54,487 nt of DNA from contig PMJJ01000092.1 of the NCBI GenBank assembly GCA_003157385.1, forward strand, positions 1 through 54,487, in the 5' to 3' direction. Below the pieces are notes generated by a model, which saw only the letters and a list, made by a program, of their open reading frames with translations, had not been told where the DNA came from and did no database searches. Shown here piece by piece: positions 7,290 to 17,387 of the stretch (position 1 is the first letter of the stretch; each line of letters begins with the position of its first letter). The translations under genes were made by a program, and so were the position numbers. Source of the stretch: Actinomycetota bacterium. GTDB lineage: Bacteria; Actinomycetota; Geothermincolia; Fen-727; Anoxymicrobiaceae.

Positions 7290-9815
7290 ATGAGCGGATC
7301 GCAGCCAGTCAACATGCAGACAGTGCTGATGGCCGGTGGCCAGGGCACCAGGCTCAGGCCTCTCACGTCCAACCAGCCCAAGCCGATGATCGCTGTCGCC
7401 AACAAGCCCCTGATGGAGCACATCCTCGAACTGCTAAAGCGCCATGGCTTCAACGACATCGTGGTGACCCTGCAGTTCCTTCCCACCCTTATAGCCAACT
7501 ACTTCGGCGACGGCTCCGCTTTCGGAGTCGACATGAGCTACGTCACCGAGGAGAGCCCGCTGGGGACGGCGGGGAGCGTCCGAAACGCGCGCAAGCTCAT
7601 CGATCGCAGCTTCATCGTGGTGAGCGGCGACTCGCTCACCGACATCGACCTGACCGCCGCGGCCGCGTTCCACAAGGAGCGGGGCGCAATGGTCACCATC
7701 GTGCTCAAGAAAGTCCCCAATCCCCTGGAGTTCGGGTTGGTCATCACTTCGCCCGATGGCAAGATCGAGCGCTTCCTGGAGAAGCCCGGCTGGGGAGAGG
7801 TCTTCTCCGACACCATCAACACCGGGATATATATCATCGAGCCCGAGGTCCTCAACCTGATACCGGACGACCGTCCCTACGACTTCTCCAAGGACCTGTT
7901 CCCCGAGATGCTGGAGAAGAAGTACCCTCTGTTCGGCTACATCGCCGACGGCTACTGGACTGACGTGGGGAACATCGAGCAGTACCTGGCCGCTCACCGG
8001 GACATACTCGACGGTCTGGTCGACATCAACGTCCCGGGCCACCTGATGGAGAACAACGTGTGGATGGGCGATGGCGCCGAGATAGACGATTCGGTCAAGC
8101 TGTCTGGCCCCGCGCTCATAGGCAACCACGTGAAGATCGAGGCGGGCAGCAAGATCCGCGAGTACACGGTGCTCGGCAACAATGTGGTCGTCAAGCGTGA
8201 CAACTTCATGCACCGCTCGGTGGTGATGGACAACACTTACATCGGGCCTTCGTGTCACGTCAGGGGAAGCGTGCTCGCCCGCAACTGTGACGTGAAATCA
8301 GGCGTGCGCATCGACGAGGGCGCGGTCCTCGGCGACGACTGCCTGGTGGGGGAGAACGCGATCATAAACCAGGGTGTGCTCATCTTCCCGTTCAAGACGG
8401 TGGACTCGGGCGCGACAGTCAACACCAGCATCATCTGGGAGTCGAGGGGTATGCGCTCCCTGTTCGGCAAGCGGGGCATCTCGGGGCTCATCAACGTGGA
8501 CATCACCCCCGAGATGGCGGTGCGGCTGGGGTTGGCCTACGGCTCCACCATGCCAGTGAACGCGCAGGTGGTCACCAGCCGCGACGGAACGCGCGCCACC
8601 CGCATTATCAAGCGCGCCTTCATGGCGGGCATGAACGCCGCCGGCGTCCACTGTCGCGACCTCGAGGTGAGCGCGGTGCCGGTCAACAGGTTCACGGTGG
8701 AGAGCCACAACGACCAGGGGGGCGTGGACACCCGCACCAGCGAGCGCGATCCCCAGTGGATCGACATAAACTTCTTCGACGAGCAGGGCCGCGAGCTCGA
8801 CCTCAACGCGCGCCGAAACATGGAGCGCATCTACTCGCGAAACGACTTCCGCAGGGCCTTCCTTGACGAGCTGGGCGAGATCTATTTCCCCGCCAGGGCG
8901 CGGGAGTCGTACACCACCGCGCTGGTCGAGAAGCTTGACCTCGAGGCTATCAAGGCCGGCAAGTTCAAGGTTGTTTTCGACTACGGATACGGCGCCGCCT
9001 CACTGATAATGCCGGGCCTGCTGGGCAAGCTCGACTGCGAGGTGCTCAGCCTAAACGCCTACACGGACGAGAAGAGGCTAATCACAGCGCGGCCGCGCAG
9101 GGAGGAGTCTCTCAAGAGCCTGGGCGAGGTCGTGGTGTCGTTCAAAGCGGACATCGGGCTGCTCTTCGACAACGGCGCCGAGCGGCTGGCGGTGGTCACC
9201 AACGAGGGCGCCATGCTGGCCGGAAGCGACCTGCTCGTCGCGGTGATCGAGCTGGTCACCAGGACGATGAAGCCGGGAGGCAGGATTGCGGTGCCGGTGA
9301 ACCAGCCGTCGGCTATCGAGAAGGTCGCTTCCTCGCGCGGGTTCGAGGTGCTGCGCACCAGGGTGGACAGGTCCAGCATCATGGGCGCCGCGCGCGAGAA
9401 GGGCGTGGTGTTCGCGGGAAGCGGCGACGGGGGGTTCATCTTCCGGGACTTCATGCCCGCCTACGACGCGATGATGGCATTCGCGAAGATACTGGAGATG
9501 CTCCAGCTGGCAGGCCTGAGCCTCTCGAGCCTCGTCGCCGAGATGCCCAAATACTCGCTGATGAGGCGCGAGGTCTTCACTTCCTGGGAGAACAAGGGGA
9601 CGGTGATGAGGCACCTGCTGGAGACGCACCAGGGCGACGGCGTCGACTCGACCGACGGCATAAAGATCTCCTGGGACGACGGCCGGCGCTGGGTGCTGGT
9701 GCTGCCCGACCAGGAGGAGCCGGTGCTTCACCTGGTGGCCGAAGGCGACGGCGAAGCGGACACCCGGGCGATACTCGACACCTACGAGACCGAGATAAAG
9801 AACTTCGCATCCTGA
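7290..9815 (+). CDS. Sugar-1-phosphate nucleotidyltransferase fused to left-handed beta-helix and phosphohexomutase-like domains
   Basis: N-terminus LMAGGQGTRLRPLT...PKPM (NTP-transferase), hexapeptide-repeat middle, C-terminal half homologous to PGM/PMM. ATG 7290 lies 9 nt after GGAG. Confidence 0.85.
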   Translation: MSGSQPVNMQTVLMAGGQGTRLRPLTSNQPKPMIAVANKPLMEHILELLKRHGFNDIVVTLQFLPTLIANYFGDGSAFGVDMSYVTEESPLGTAGSVRNARKLIDRSFIVVSGDSLTDIDLTAAAAFHKERGAMVTIVLKKVPNPLEFGLVITSPDGKIERFLEKPGWGEVFSDTINTGIYIIEPEVLNLIPDDRPYDFSKDLFPEMLEKKYPLFGYIADGYWTDVGNIEQYLAAHRDILDGLVDINVPGHLMENNVWMGDGAEIDDSVKLSGPALIGNHVKIEAGSKIREYTVLGNNVVVKRDNFMHRSVVMDNTYIGPSCHVRGSVLARNCDVKSGVRIDEGAVLGDDCLVGENAIINQGVLIFPFKTVDSGATVNTSIIWESRGMRSLFGKRGISGLINVDITPEMAVRLGLAYGSTMPVNAQVVTSRDGTRATRIIKRAFMAGMNAAGVHCRDLEVSAVPVNRFTVESHNDQGGVDTRTSERDPQWIDINFFDEQGRELDLNARRNMERIYSRNDFRRAFLDELGEIYFPARARESYTTALVEKLDLEAIKAGKFKVVFDYGYGAASLIMPGLLGKLDCEVLSLNAYTDEKRLITARPRREESLKSLGEVVVSFKADIGLLFDNGAERLAVVTNEGAMLAGSDLLVAVIELVTRTMKPGGRIAVPVNQPSAIEKVASSRGFEVLRTRVDRSSIMGAAREKGVVFAGSGDGGFIFRDFMPAYDAMMAFAKILEMLQLAGLSLSSLVAEMPKYSLMRREVFTSWENKGTVMRHLLETHQGDGVDSTDGIKISWDDGRRWVLVLPDQEEPVLHLVAEGDGEADTRAILDTYETEIKNFAS

Positions 9816-9873
9816 GCGACTCAGGAGTGCTATACTTTTTCGACCGGCTTGCTTTATCCAGGGAGTGGTAGAC

Positions 9874-11289
9874 GTGACTTCGATTTCCTTCGGTACGGAC
9901 GGCTGGCGATCGACGGTGGAGGCCGACTTCAACGAGGCCAACGTGCGCCTTGTGACCCAGGCGATCTGCAACTACCTGTACGAGAAGGGGCTCTCGCAGA
10001 AGGGGTGCGTGGTCGCCTTTGACACCCGGGTATCCTCCGAGGGATTCGCCGACCACGTCTGCGATGTGCTTATGAAGAATGGTATAGCCGCGCTGCGGAT
10101 GGAGACCTTCTGTCCCACGCCGCAGGCCGCATTCGCTGTCAAGCAGGTAGGCGCCGCCGGTGCTATAATGCTGACCGCGAGCCACAACCCCCCGTCCTAC
10201 AACGGCATCAAGTTCATTCCGGATTACGCCGGGCCGGCAACCAACGACATCACCGACGACATCGAGTGGGAGATCGGCACCATAGTCGAGGACGGTGATC
10301 TCGAGCCGCCCACCGACCGGACGCTGGCGCCGATAAAGAAGCTGGACGTCTCCAACGAGTACATCAAGCAGCTCCTCAGCCTGGTCGAGCGCTCGGTCAT
10401 CGAGAGGTCGAAGGTCAAGGTGCTCTTCGATCCGATGTACGGCGCGGGGCAGAACATCTTCATGCGTACGCTCGCCCACATGGACTCGTTCGTGGTCCCG
10501 CTGCACTGCCACCTCGACCCGGACTTTGGTGGCCTGCTGCCCGAGCCGACCGAGGTCAACCTGAAGGAATGCAAGAAGGCGGTCCTCGACAACAAGGCCG
10601 ACTGCGGCGTCGCCCTCGACGGGGACGCCGACCGCTTCGGGGTCGTGGACTCAAGGGGAATCTACCTCACGCCGAACAAGGCGCTCACCTTGATGCTGTG
10701 GTACCTGTTGACCTACAAGCCGACGGGAGGCGCAGTGGCGCGCAGCCTGGCCACGACCCACATGCTGGACACCATCGCCGAGCACAACGGCTGCCGGGTG
10801 CTTGAGACGCCGGTTGGGTTCAAGTACATCGGGGAGCTGATGCGCAAGAAGATGATAATCCTCGGGAGTGAGGAGAGCGGCGGCATGAGCGTGGCCGGAC
10901 ACATCCCGGAGAAGGACGGCCTGGTAGCGGACCTGATCCTCATCGAGATAGCCGCGCGCTTCAAGAAGCCTTTCTCGGAACTGCTCGACAACATCTACCG
11001 CGAGTTCGGCCCCTGCTACGACGAGCGCATCGACGTCGAGGTGGGTGAGAGGCGCAAGCAAGAGCTCATGGATTCCCTCCGCGAAAGCCCGCCCCGGAAG
11101 ATCGCCGATGAGGAGGTCGTGAAGGTGGACCTGCGCGACGGCGTGAAGGTGGTGACCGCGTCGGACAGCTGGATGCTGGTGCGCCCCTCCGGCACCGAGC
11201 CGCTGGTGCGAGTCTACGTGGAGGCGCGCGACAAAGCCGCGTTCGACAAGGCGCGCAAGGCGGCTCTGCAGATAGTGAAAACCAAGTAG
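9874..11289 (+). CDS. Phosphoglucomutase/phosphomannomutase
   Basis: All four alpha-D-phosphohexomutase loops are intact: TASHNP, DGDADR, GSEESGG, RPSGTEP. GTG 9874 lies 8 nt after GGGAG. Confidence 0.92.
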   Translation: MTSISFGTDGWRSTVEADFNEANVRLVTQAICNYLYEKGLSQKGCVVAFDTRVSSEGFADHVCDVLMKNGIAALRMETFCPTPQAAFAVKQVGAAGAIMLTASHNPPSYNGIKFIPDYAGPATNDITDDIEWEIGTIVEDGDLEPPTDRTLAPIKKLDVSNEYIKQLLSLVERSVIERSKVKVLFDPMYGAGQNIFMRTLAHMDSFVVPLHCHLDPDFGGLLPEPTEVNLKECKKAVLDNKADCGVALDGDADRFGVVDSRGIYLTPNKALTLMLWYLLTYKPTGGAVARSLATTHMLDTIAEHNGCRVLETPVGFKYIGELMRKKMIILGSEESGGMSVAGHIPEKDGLVADLILIEIAARFKKPFSELLDNIYREFGPCYDERIDVEVGERRKQELMDSLRESPPRKIADEEVVKVDLRDGVKVVTASDSWMLVRPSGTEPLVRVYVEARDKAAFDKARKAALQIVKTK

Positions 11290-11438
11290 CCCGCCACTTG
11301 AGTCCGAAGCGCTTGAAACGTCACCGGGCGGCGCACGAATAACACCGAGTCTCAGAACCGACTGGCGCGCAGGGGCGCCACGCACGTTATCGTATTTAAT
11401 AAGTGAGTAACGAACCGAGGCGGTAAGGGAGGGTTTCG

Positions 11439-12296
11439 ATGGAGTTCCTCAAGCTCTGCTGTGTCACACCGCACCCGCCGATAATGGTCCCCGAGGTGGG
11501 TGGACCGGAGGTCAAGAAGGTCGCCGGCAGCAACGACGCCATGGAGAAGCTGGCGGCCGATGTGGAGCGCATCGCGCCGGAGACGATCGTCATCATGTCC
11601 CCGCACAGCCAGATCTACGCGGACGCCTTCACCGTCAAGACGGCCCCCATGCTCTCCGGCTCGTTCGCCATGTTCGGAGCAGCGCACGTCAGGATGGACA
11701 CCACTCCCGACCTCGAGCTGGCGCAGGCGGTCATCGAGAAGGCCGCGGTGGCGGGCGTGCCCTGCGAGGCGATCGGCGGGGCGGGCAGGGTCTCGCTCTC
11801 CGCCGGGGAGCTGGACCACGGCATCATGGTCCCGTTGTACTTCCTTGCGCAGAAGACCTATCCGCTGGTCTGTCTGTCGATGTCGTTCCTCGACTTCCGC
11901 TCGCACTACATAATGGGCATTGCGATCCGCGACGCGATCGCGTCGGTCGGGCGGCGCGCGGTGTTCGTAGCCTCTGGAGACATGTCTCATCGTTTAACCC
12001 CTGGCGCGCCTGCGGGCTACAGCCCCCGGGCCGCCGAGTTCGACAAGCAGATAGTCGAGATCACATCCAGCGGAGATTACGCCCGCCTCTTCGAGCTGGA
12101 CCCGGAACTTATAGAGGAAGCAGGGGAATGCGGGCTCCGCTCGATAATTACTATGGCAGGGACGGTCGATGGCTACGGGCGGTCAAGCGAGGTCCTGTCC
12201 TACGAGGGCCCCTTCGGCGTCGGCTACATGGTGGCGAGGATGGAACCGGGTGAGGCCGATGCAACTCTTTCGCTGATCAAGGACGGTGGTCCGTGA
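11439..12296 (+). CDS. Class III extradiol dioxygenase-like (LigB/Memo superfamily) protein
   Basis: N-terminal HPP, an LDHG motif and SGDMSH, all typical of the LigB family. Strong AAGGGAGGG SD. Confidence 0.7.
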   Translation: MEFLKLCCVTPHPPIMVPEVGGPEVKKVAGSNDAMEKLAADVERIAPETIVIMSPHSQIYADAFTVKTAPMLSGSFAMFGAAHVRMDTTPDLELAQAVIEKAAVAGVPCEAIGGAGRVSLSAGELDHGIMVPLYFLAQKTYPLVCLSMSFLDFRSHYIMGIAIRDAIASVGRRAVFVASGDMSHRLTPGAPAGYSPRAAEFDKQIVEITSSGDYARLFELDPELIEEAGECGLRSIITMAGTVDGYGRSSEVLSYEGPFGVGYMVARMEPGEADATLSLIKDGGP

Positions 12297-12817
12297 GCGC
12301 GCGCGAGCCGGTAAGCGAGCACGCCAAGCTTGCCCGCAAGTCGGTCGAGTCTTATGTGAAGGGGGAGGGCAGGGCTGACATCAGCGACGCGCCCCAGGAG
12401 CTGCGCGGCAGGAAGGCGGGCGTGTTCGTCTGCCTCAAGAAAGATGGCGAGCTCAGGGGCTGCATAGGAACGATCCAGCCGGTCGCGAACAACATCGCAG
12501 AGGAGATCAGGGACAACGCGGTCTCCAGCGCGACCAGCGATTTCAGGTTTCCCCCGGTGGGACCCGACGAGCTCGCCAGACTGACGTACTCCGTCGACGT
12601 GCTGGAGGAGCCCGAGGACATTGATGGAATGGACAAGTTGGACCCGGTGACCTACGGGGTCATCGTGCGCTCGGGGAGCAAGGCAGGCCTGCTGCTTCCG
12701 GATCTGGAAGGCGTGGACACCCCCGAGGAGCAGGTCCGCATCGCCATGATGAAGGCGGGCATAAGGCCTTCAGAGCCGGTCAGGCTGCAGAGGTTCAAGG
12801 TCACGCGACACGACTGA
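12293..12817 (+). CDS. AMMECR1-domain protein
   Basis: Hallmark GELRGCIGT motif. GTGA start/stop overlap with the upstream LigB-like gene. Confidence 0.85.
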   Translation: MSAREPVSEHAKLARKSVESYVKGEGRADISDAPQELRGRKAGVFVCLKKDGELRGCIGTIQPVANNIAEEIRDNAVSSATSDFRFPPVGPDELARLTYSVDVLEEPEDIDGMDKLDPVTYGVIVRSGSKAGLLLPDLEGVDTPEEQVRIAMMKAGIRPSEPVRLQRFKVTRHD

Positions 12818-12826
12818 GGTGCTTAC

Positions 12827-13825
12827 TTGGAACCAATGATCACCGCACGCATCGAGCCGGGCACCAAACTGGCAGCTATCGTCGGACCCACCGCGGTGGG
12901 GAAGACGGCCATCGCCCTGAAGATAGCGCCGGGACTAGATGCGGAGATAATCTCCGTGGACGCGATGCAGATCTACAAGGGCCTGGACATCGGCACCGGC
13001 AAGCCCACCAAGGATGAGCTGAAAGCTGTGCGCTTCCACATGCTGGACATCGCCGATCCCTCGGAGAGCTTCTCCGTGGCCAGATTCAAGGAGCTGGCGG
13101 ACAACGAGGTCTACATCACCACTTCGCGAGGCAAGCTGCCGCTCCTGGTCGGTGGCTCCGGCCTCTACTACCGGGCCGTCGTCGACGACCTCGACTTCGC
13201 CAACACCAGCGGGACAGATCTCTACCGCGTCGAGGTGGTGGAGGAGCTCGGCGAGATGGACGACATAGAGCTCCACGACCTCTTGAGCGACCTGGACTCG
13301 GCCGCCGCAGCCGAAATCCCGCCCAGCAACCGCCGCAGGGTCCTGCGCGCCATAGAGGTTGCTCGCGAGGGGGACAGGCTGATGTCCGAGCACCAGCACT
13401 CCTGGAGCGACTACGAGAGCCCCTACAACGGCGTGGCAGCGGGCCTGGAGATGGATCGCGAGGCCCTCTACCGCATCATCGACGACCGTGTGGACTCCAT
13501 GATAGAGCGCGGCCTGGTCGACGAGGTCGAGAACCTCGCCAAGTGTGGCCTGGCGCGGGGAACCACCGCGGGCGAGGCGCTGGGCTATCGCCAGCTGCTC
13601 TCATACTTCGACGGCGAGTCAACGCTCGACGAGGCTGTCTCCGAGATTAAGAGGCGGACTCGCAACTACGCCAAGCGCCAGCTCACCTGGTTCCGCGCCG
13701 ACCCCCGGATCAAGTGGTTCACGGTGCGCGTGCCGCGTGAGGACCCGTCCGCCGGCCTTGCCGAAGCCCTCGGCGAGACGGCCGAGGCCGTACTTGAATA
13801 TCTCGCTGGTAATCTGGAAAATTGA
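12827..13825 (+). CDS. miaA: tRNA dimethylallyltransferase
   Basis: P-loop GPTAVGKTAIAL and DAMQIYKGLDIGTGKPT. Confidence 0.95.
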   Translation: MEPMITARIEPGTKLAAIVGPTAVGKTAIALKIAPGLDAEIISVDAMQIYKGLDIGTGKPTKDELKAVRFHMLDIADPSESFSVARFKELADNEVYITTSRGKLPLLVGGSGLYYRAVVDDLDFANTSGTDLYRVEVVEELGEMDDIELHDLLSDLDSAAAAEIPPSNRRRVLRAIEVAREGDRLMSEHQHSWSDYESPYNGVAAGLEMDREALYRIIDDRVDSMIERGLVDEVENLAKCGLARGTTAGEALGYRQLLSYFDGESTLDEAVSEIKRRTRNYAKRQLTWFRADPRIKWFTVRVPREDPSAGLAEALGETAEAVLEYLAGNLEN

Positions 13826-13831
13826 GCGAAG

Positions 13832-14662
13832 ATGGATTTTTCCAAATACGAAGCATCAGCAAACGATTTCATAATGCTCGATCGCACGTCCGGGGGCGCT
13901 CTCACCGGCGCCGATGAAGCGTCGCGCATATGCGAGCGGCGCACCGGAGTCGGGGCGGACGGCGTCATTGAGGCCCTGCCCTCGCAGCAGTGCGACCTCA
14001 AGATGAGGATCCTCAACGCCGACGGCTCCGAGGCCGAGATGTGCGGCAACGGGCTGAGGGCGCTGTTCCTGTTCGCCCTCGACCGTGGGCTGGCGAAAGC
14101 AGATGAGATGACCTTCGAGACGCCCGCCGGCCCCCGCCGGGTGAGCGTCGTAGGCGTTGGCCCAGGCGGGCGCCAGTTCTCGGTGGAGATGGGTGAGCCA
14201 TCCTGGCTCAGGGGTGACATCCCCGTCCAGGGGCCGGCGGACGCCGAAGCGATAGACATCGAGATCAGGCTGGGCTCATCCGTCGTCGAGGCGACGTGCG
14301 TCTCCATGGGCAACCCGCACTGCGTCGTCTTCGTCGACGACCTGGCAGCCTACCCGGTTCAGAGCGTCGGGCGCGAGATAGAATGCCACCCGATGTTCCC
14401 GCAGAAGACCAACGTCGAGTTCGTCCGCGTGGATGCCGCCGACCGGATGCAGGCGCGGGTGTGGGAGCGAGGGGTAGGGGAGACCATGGCCTGCGGCACC
14501 GGAACTTGCGCGGTGGTGGTGGCGGCGAGCCTTAAAGGCCTGGCCGGCAGGAGCGCGACGGTATCACTGCCCGGTGGACCGCTGCAGGTGGAGTGGCGCG
14601 AGCGGCAGGTCGTGCTGACCGGACCCGCGCGGCACGTGTTCGACGGAAAGACGGTGGGTTAG
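13832..14662 (+). CDS. dapF: Diaminopimelate epimerase
   Basis: Both catalytic-Cys contexts are present (CGNGLR and ACGTGTCA), plus GNPHCVVFV. Confidence 0.95.
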   Translation: MDFSKYEASANDFIMLDRTSGGALTGADEASRICERRTGVGADGVIEALPSQQCDLKMRILNADGSEAEMCGNGLRALFLFALDRGLAKADEMTFETPAGPRRVSVVGVGPGGRQFSVEMGEPSWLRGDIPVQGPADAEAIDIEIRLGSSVVEATCVSMGNPHCVVFVDDLAAYPVQSVGREIECHPMFPQKTNVEFVRVDAADRMQARVWERGVGETMACGTGTCAVVVAASLKGLAGRSATVSLPGGPLQVEWRERQVVLTGPARHVFDGKTVG

Positions 14663-15832
14663 ATGCGTTACTCCCGCAGGCTCGACCGGGTCCCGCCCTA
14701 CCTCTTCGCGCAGATCGACCGCAAGATCGCGGAGAAGAAAGCCCAGGGCGTGGACGTCATCAGCTTCGGCGTAGGCGACCCGGACGTGCCGACCCCGGAC
14801 GCGATCGTCGACCGCCTCTGCATCGAGGCACGCAAGCCGGAGAACCACCAGTACCCGTCGTACTTCGGCCTGCCCGAGTTCCGCGCCTCGGCGGCGCGCT
14901 GGCTGGAGCGCAGGTTCGGCATCAAGATCGATCCCGGCTGCGAGGTCCTTCCTCTGATGGGGTCCAAGGAGGGCATCGCCCACATGGCGCTTGCCGCCCT
15001 CGACCCCGGCGATATCGCCCTGGTGCCCGAGCCTTCCTACCCTGTGTACGCCATGGGCACGCTGCTTGCCGGCGCAGAGTCGCATTTCATACCGCTCACC
15101 GCCGACGGTGGATTCCTGCCCGACCTGGACGGCATCTCACCCGACGTGCTGTCGCGCGCGAAGCTGCTGTGGATCAACTACCCCAACAACCCCACCGGCG
15201 CCGTCGCCCCGATGGAGTTCTTCGAGCGCGCGGTCGAGTTCTGCCGCAGGCACGACCTCCTGCTCGCTCACGACAACGCGTACTCCGAGATAACCTTCGA
15301 CGGCTTCGTCGCCCCCAGCGTGCTTCAGGTGCAGGGCGCTACCGACGTGGCGGTGGAGTTCCACTCGCTGTCCAAGACGTTCAACATGACCGGGTGGCGC
15401 GTCGCCTTCGCCTGTGGCAACTACGCGGCGCTGGAAGCGCTGGGCACCATCAAGACGAACATAGACTCGGGTATCTTCAACGCCGTCCAGCTCGCGGGCG
15501 TAGAGGCCCTGGACAACTGCCAGGATGACATAGACCGCATGGTCGGCATCTACCAGGGGCGCCGCGACCTCATGGTCTCGCTGCTCTCCTCACTGGGGTG
15601 GGAGGTCGAGCCGCCCGGGGGGAGCATCTACATATGGCTTCCGGTGCCCGAGGGCTTCACCTCCGCCGGCTTCTCGGAGCACGTGCTCGACCGCGCCGGC
15701 GTTTTCTTCACGCCTGGCAACGCCTACGGCCCTTCCGGAGAGGGCTTCGTGCGCCTTTCCCTGACGGTGCCCGACGACCGGGTGGAAGAGGCCGTCCGCC
15801 GCCTTCGGGAAGTCTTCAAGAGTGACTGGTAG
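14663..15832 (+). CDS. dapL: LL-diaminopimelate aminotransferase (class I aminotransferase)
   Basis: N-terminus RLDRVPPYLFAQIDRK, PLP-lysine context SLSKTFNMTGWR, and position directly after dapF. Confidence 0.8.
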   Translation: MRYSRRLDRVPPYLFAQIDRKIAEKKAQGVDVISFGVGDPDVPTPDAIVDRLCIEARKPENHQYPSYFGLPEFRASAARWLERRFGIKIDPGCEVLPLMGSKEGIAHMALAALDPGDIALVPEPSYPVYAMGTLLAGAESHFIPLTADGGFLPDLDGISPDVLSRAKLLWINYPNNPTGAVAPMEFFERAVEFCRRHDLLLAHDNAYSEITFDGFVAPSVLQVQGATDVAVEFHSLSKTFNMTGWRVAFACGNYAALEALGTIKTNIDSGIFNAVQLAGVEALDNCQDDIDRMVGIYQGRRDLMVSLLSSLGWEVEPPGGSIYIWLPVPEGFTSAGFSEHVLDRAGVFFTPGNAYGPSGEGFVRLSLTVPDDRVEEAVRRLREVFKSDW

Positions 15833-17108
15833 CGCCGGATACGCCTCAGGGGGGCCGGAGACCGCGGTGCTGGTCGCGGTCAGTCTGTCCACAACCTCTG
15901 ACGAAGAGACATCCGAGTCACTGCAGGAGCTTGCCGCACTCGCGGGCACGGCAGGAGCTGCGATCGCGGACCGGATCGTGCAGCACAGGAACAACTACGA
16001 CCCCGCGACACTGATGGGCAGTGGCAAGGTCGATGACGTAAGGCGCTCCGTCGAGCGCAGCGGCGCCACGCTCGTCATCTTCGACAATGATCTCTCGGTG
16101 ACCCAGCAGGACAGGCTCACCACGATGCTCGACGCCCGGATACTGGACCGGACCGCGTTGATACTGGAGATATTCGCTCTTCACGCGCACACAGCCGAAG
16201 GCCGCACACAGGTCGAGCTCGCCCAGCTCTCCTATCTTCTCCCGCGCATACGAGGGCGTGGCGTCGAGCTCTCCAGGATCAGCGGAGGCATCGGGCCGAT
16301 GCGCGGCCCTGGCGAGACCAAGCTCGAGGTCGACCGGCGCAGGATCCGCAGGAGGATGCGCAAGCTGGAGCGGGACATGGTACAGATGGAGGCGGTCAGG
16401 ACGACTCAGCGAAAGCAGCGTACGCGCGCGGGCCTTCCTTCCGTCTGCCTGGTCGGCTACACCAACAGCGGCAAGTCGTCGCTGCTGAACAGGCTGACCG
16501 GGTCTAACGTCCTGGTCGAGGACCAGTTGTTCAGCACGCTCGACTCCACCACCCGGCGACTGGAGATGCCGACGGGTGGCACCGTGGTGCTCTCGGACAC
16601 AGTCGGCTTCATCCGCAAGCTCCCTCACGAGCTGGTCGCCGCATTCCGTTCCACGCTGGAGGTGGTCAGGGACGCCGACCTGCTGGTGCACGTAGTCGAC
16701 TCCACCAGGTCCGAGACGATCTCCGAGCGCATGCAGGCGGTAACCGACGTCCTGGCAGACCTGGACGCGGCGGACATACCGTCACTGACAGTCTTCAACA
16801 AGTGGGAAGCGATCGACCCGGCAGGGCGCATCGAGCTCCTCGCGAAGAATCCCGACGCCATACACACTTCCGCGCTGACTGGGGAGGGGGCGGAGGCTCT
16901 CGCCGGCGCGATCTCTGCCGGCGTGCAAAGCGTCGGTATCGTGAGGCTGAGAATACCGGCCGCCAGGGGCGATGTGATCGCTTCTCTCCATCGCGCCGGG
17001 ACGGTGATCGGGACCGATCTCGATGGTGAGGAGCTCCTGCTGGTGGCGCGACTTCCCCGCGACCGCATCCGCGAGTACGCGCCCTTCATGGAAAGAGATG
17101 GCAACTAA
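15822..17108 (+). CDS. hflX: GTPase HflX
   Basis: HflX N-domain LILEIFALHAHTAEGRTQVELAQLSYLLPR and G-domain GYTNSGKSSLLN. The GTG start overlaps the dapL 3' end. Confidence 0.93.
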   Translation: MTGSAGYASGGPETAVLVAVSLSTTSDEETSESLQELAALAGTAGAAIADRIVQHRNNYDPATLMGSGKVDDVRRSVERSGATLVIFDNDLSVTQQDRLTTMLDARILDRTALILEIFALHAHTAEGRTQVELAQLSYLLPRIRGRGVELSRISGGIGPMRGPGETKLEVDRRRIRRRMRKLERDMVQMEAVRTTQRKQRTRAGLPSVCLVGYTNSGKSSLLNRLTGSNVLVEDQLFSTLDSTTRRLEMPTGGTVVLSDTVGFIRKLPHELVAAFRSTLEVVRDADLLVHVVDSTRSETISERMQAVTDVLADLDAADIPSLTVFNKWEAIDPAGRIELLAKNPDAIHTSALTGEGAEALAGAISAGVQSVGIVRLRIPAARGDVIASLHRAGTVIGTDLDGEELLLVARLPRDRIREYAPFMERDGN

Positions 17109-17387
17109 GCGCCAGTTACTGCCATTTCTTCTTTGACCTCTCCTTAAGGCTCAGAAAAAATATTCGCTGCAGTACCGCTCAAGGTTCGGCCCGACCCGGC
17201 AGTGGCGCGCCCGCCGGACCAGGCACAGCGCTCGACCTGGAGTCGAATCAGAAGCCTCTCCGGCAATGGCTCAGGACGGGGGACCGCGGGCTCTTTGCGC
17301 AGATCTCGACGACCCTCGACTACTGATTAAACCTTCAATCCAGCTTTATCCAGGCGCGGAACCCTGTAGTAATCCAACAGACATTTT

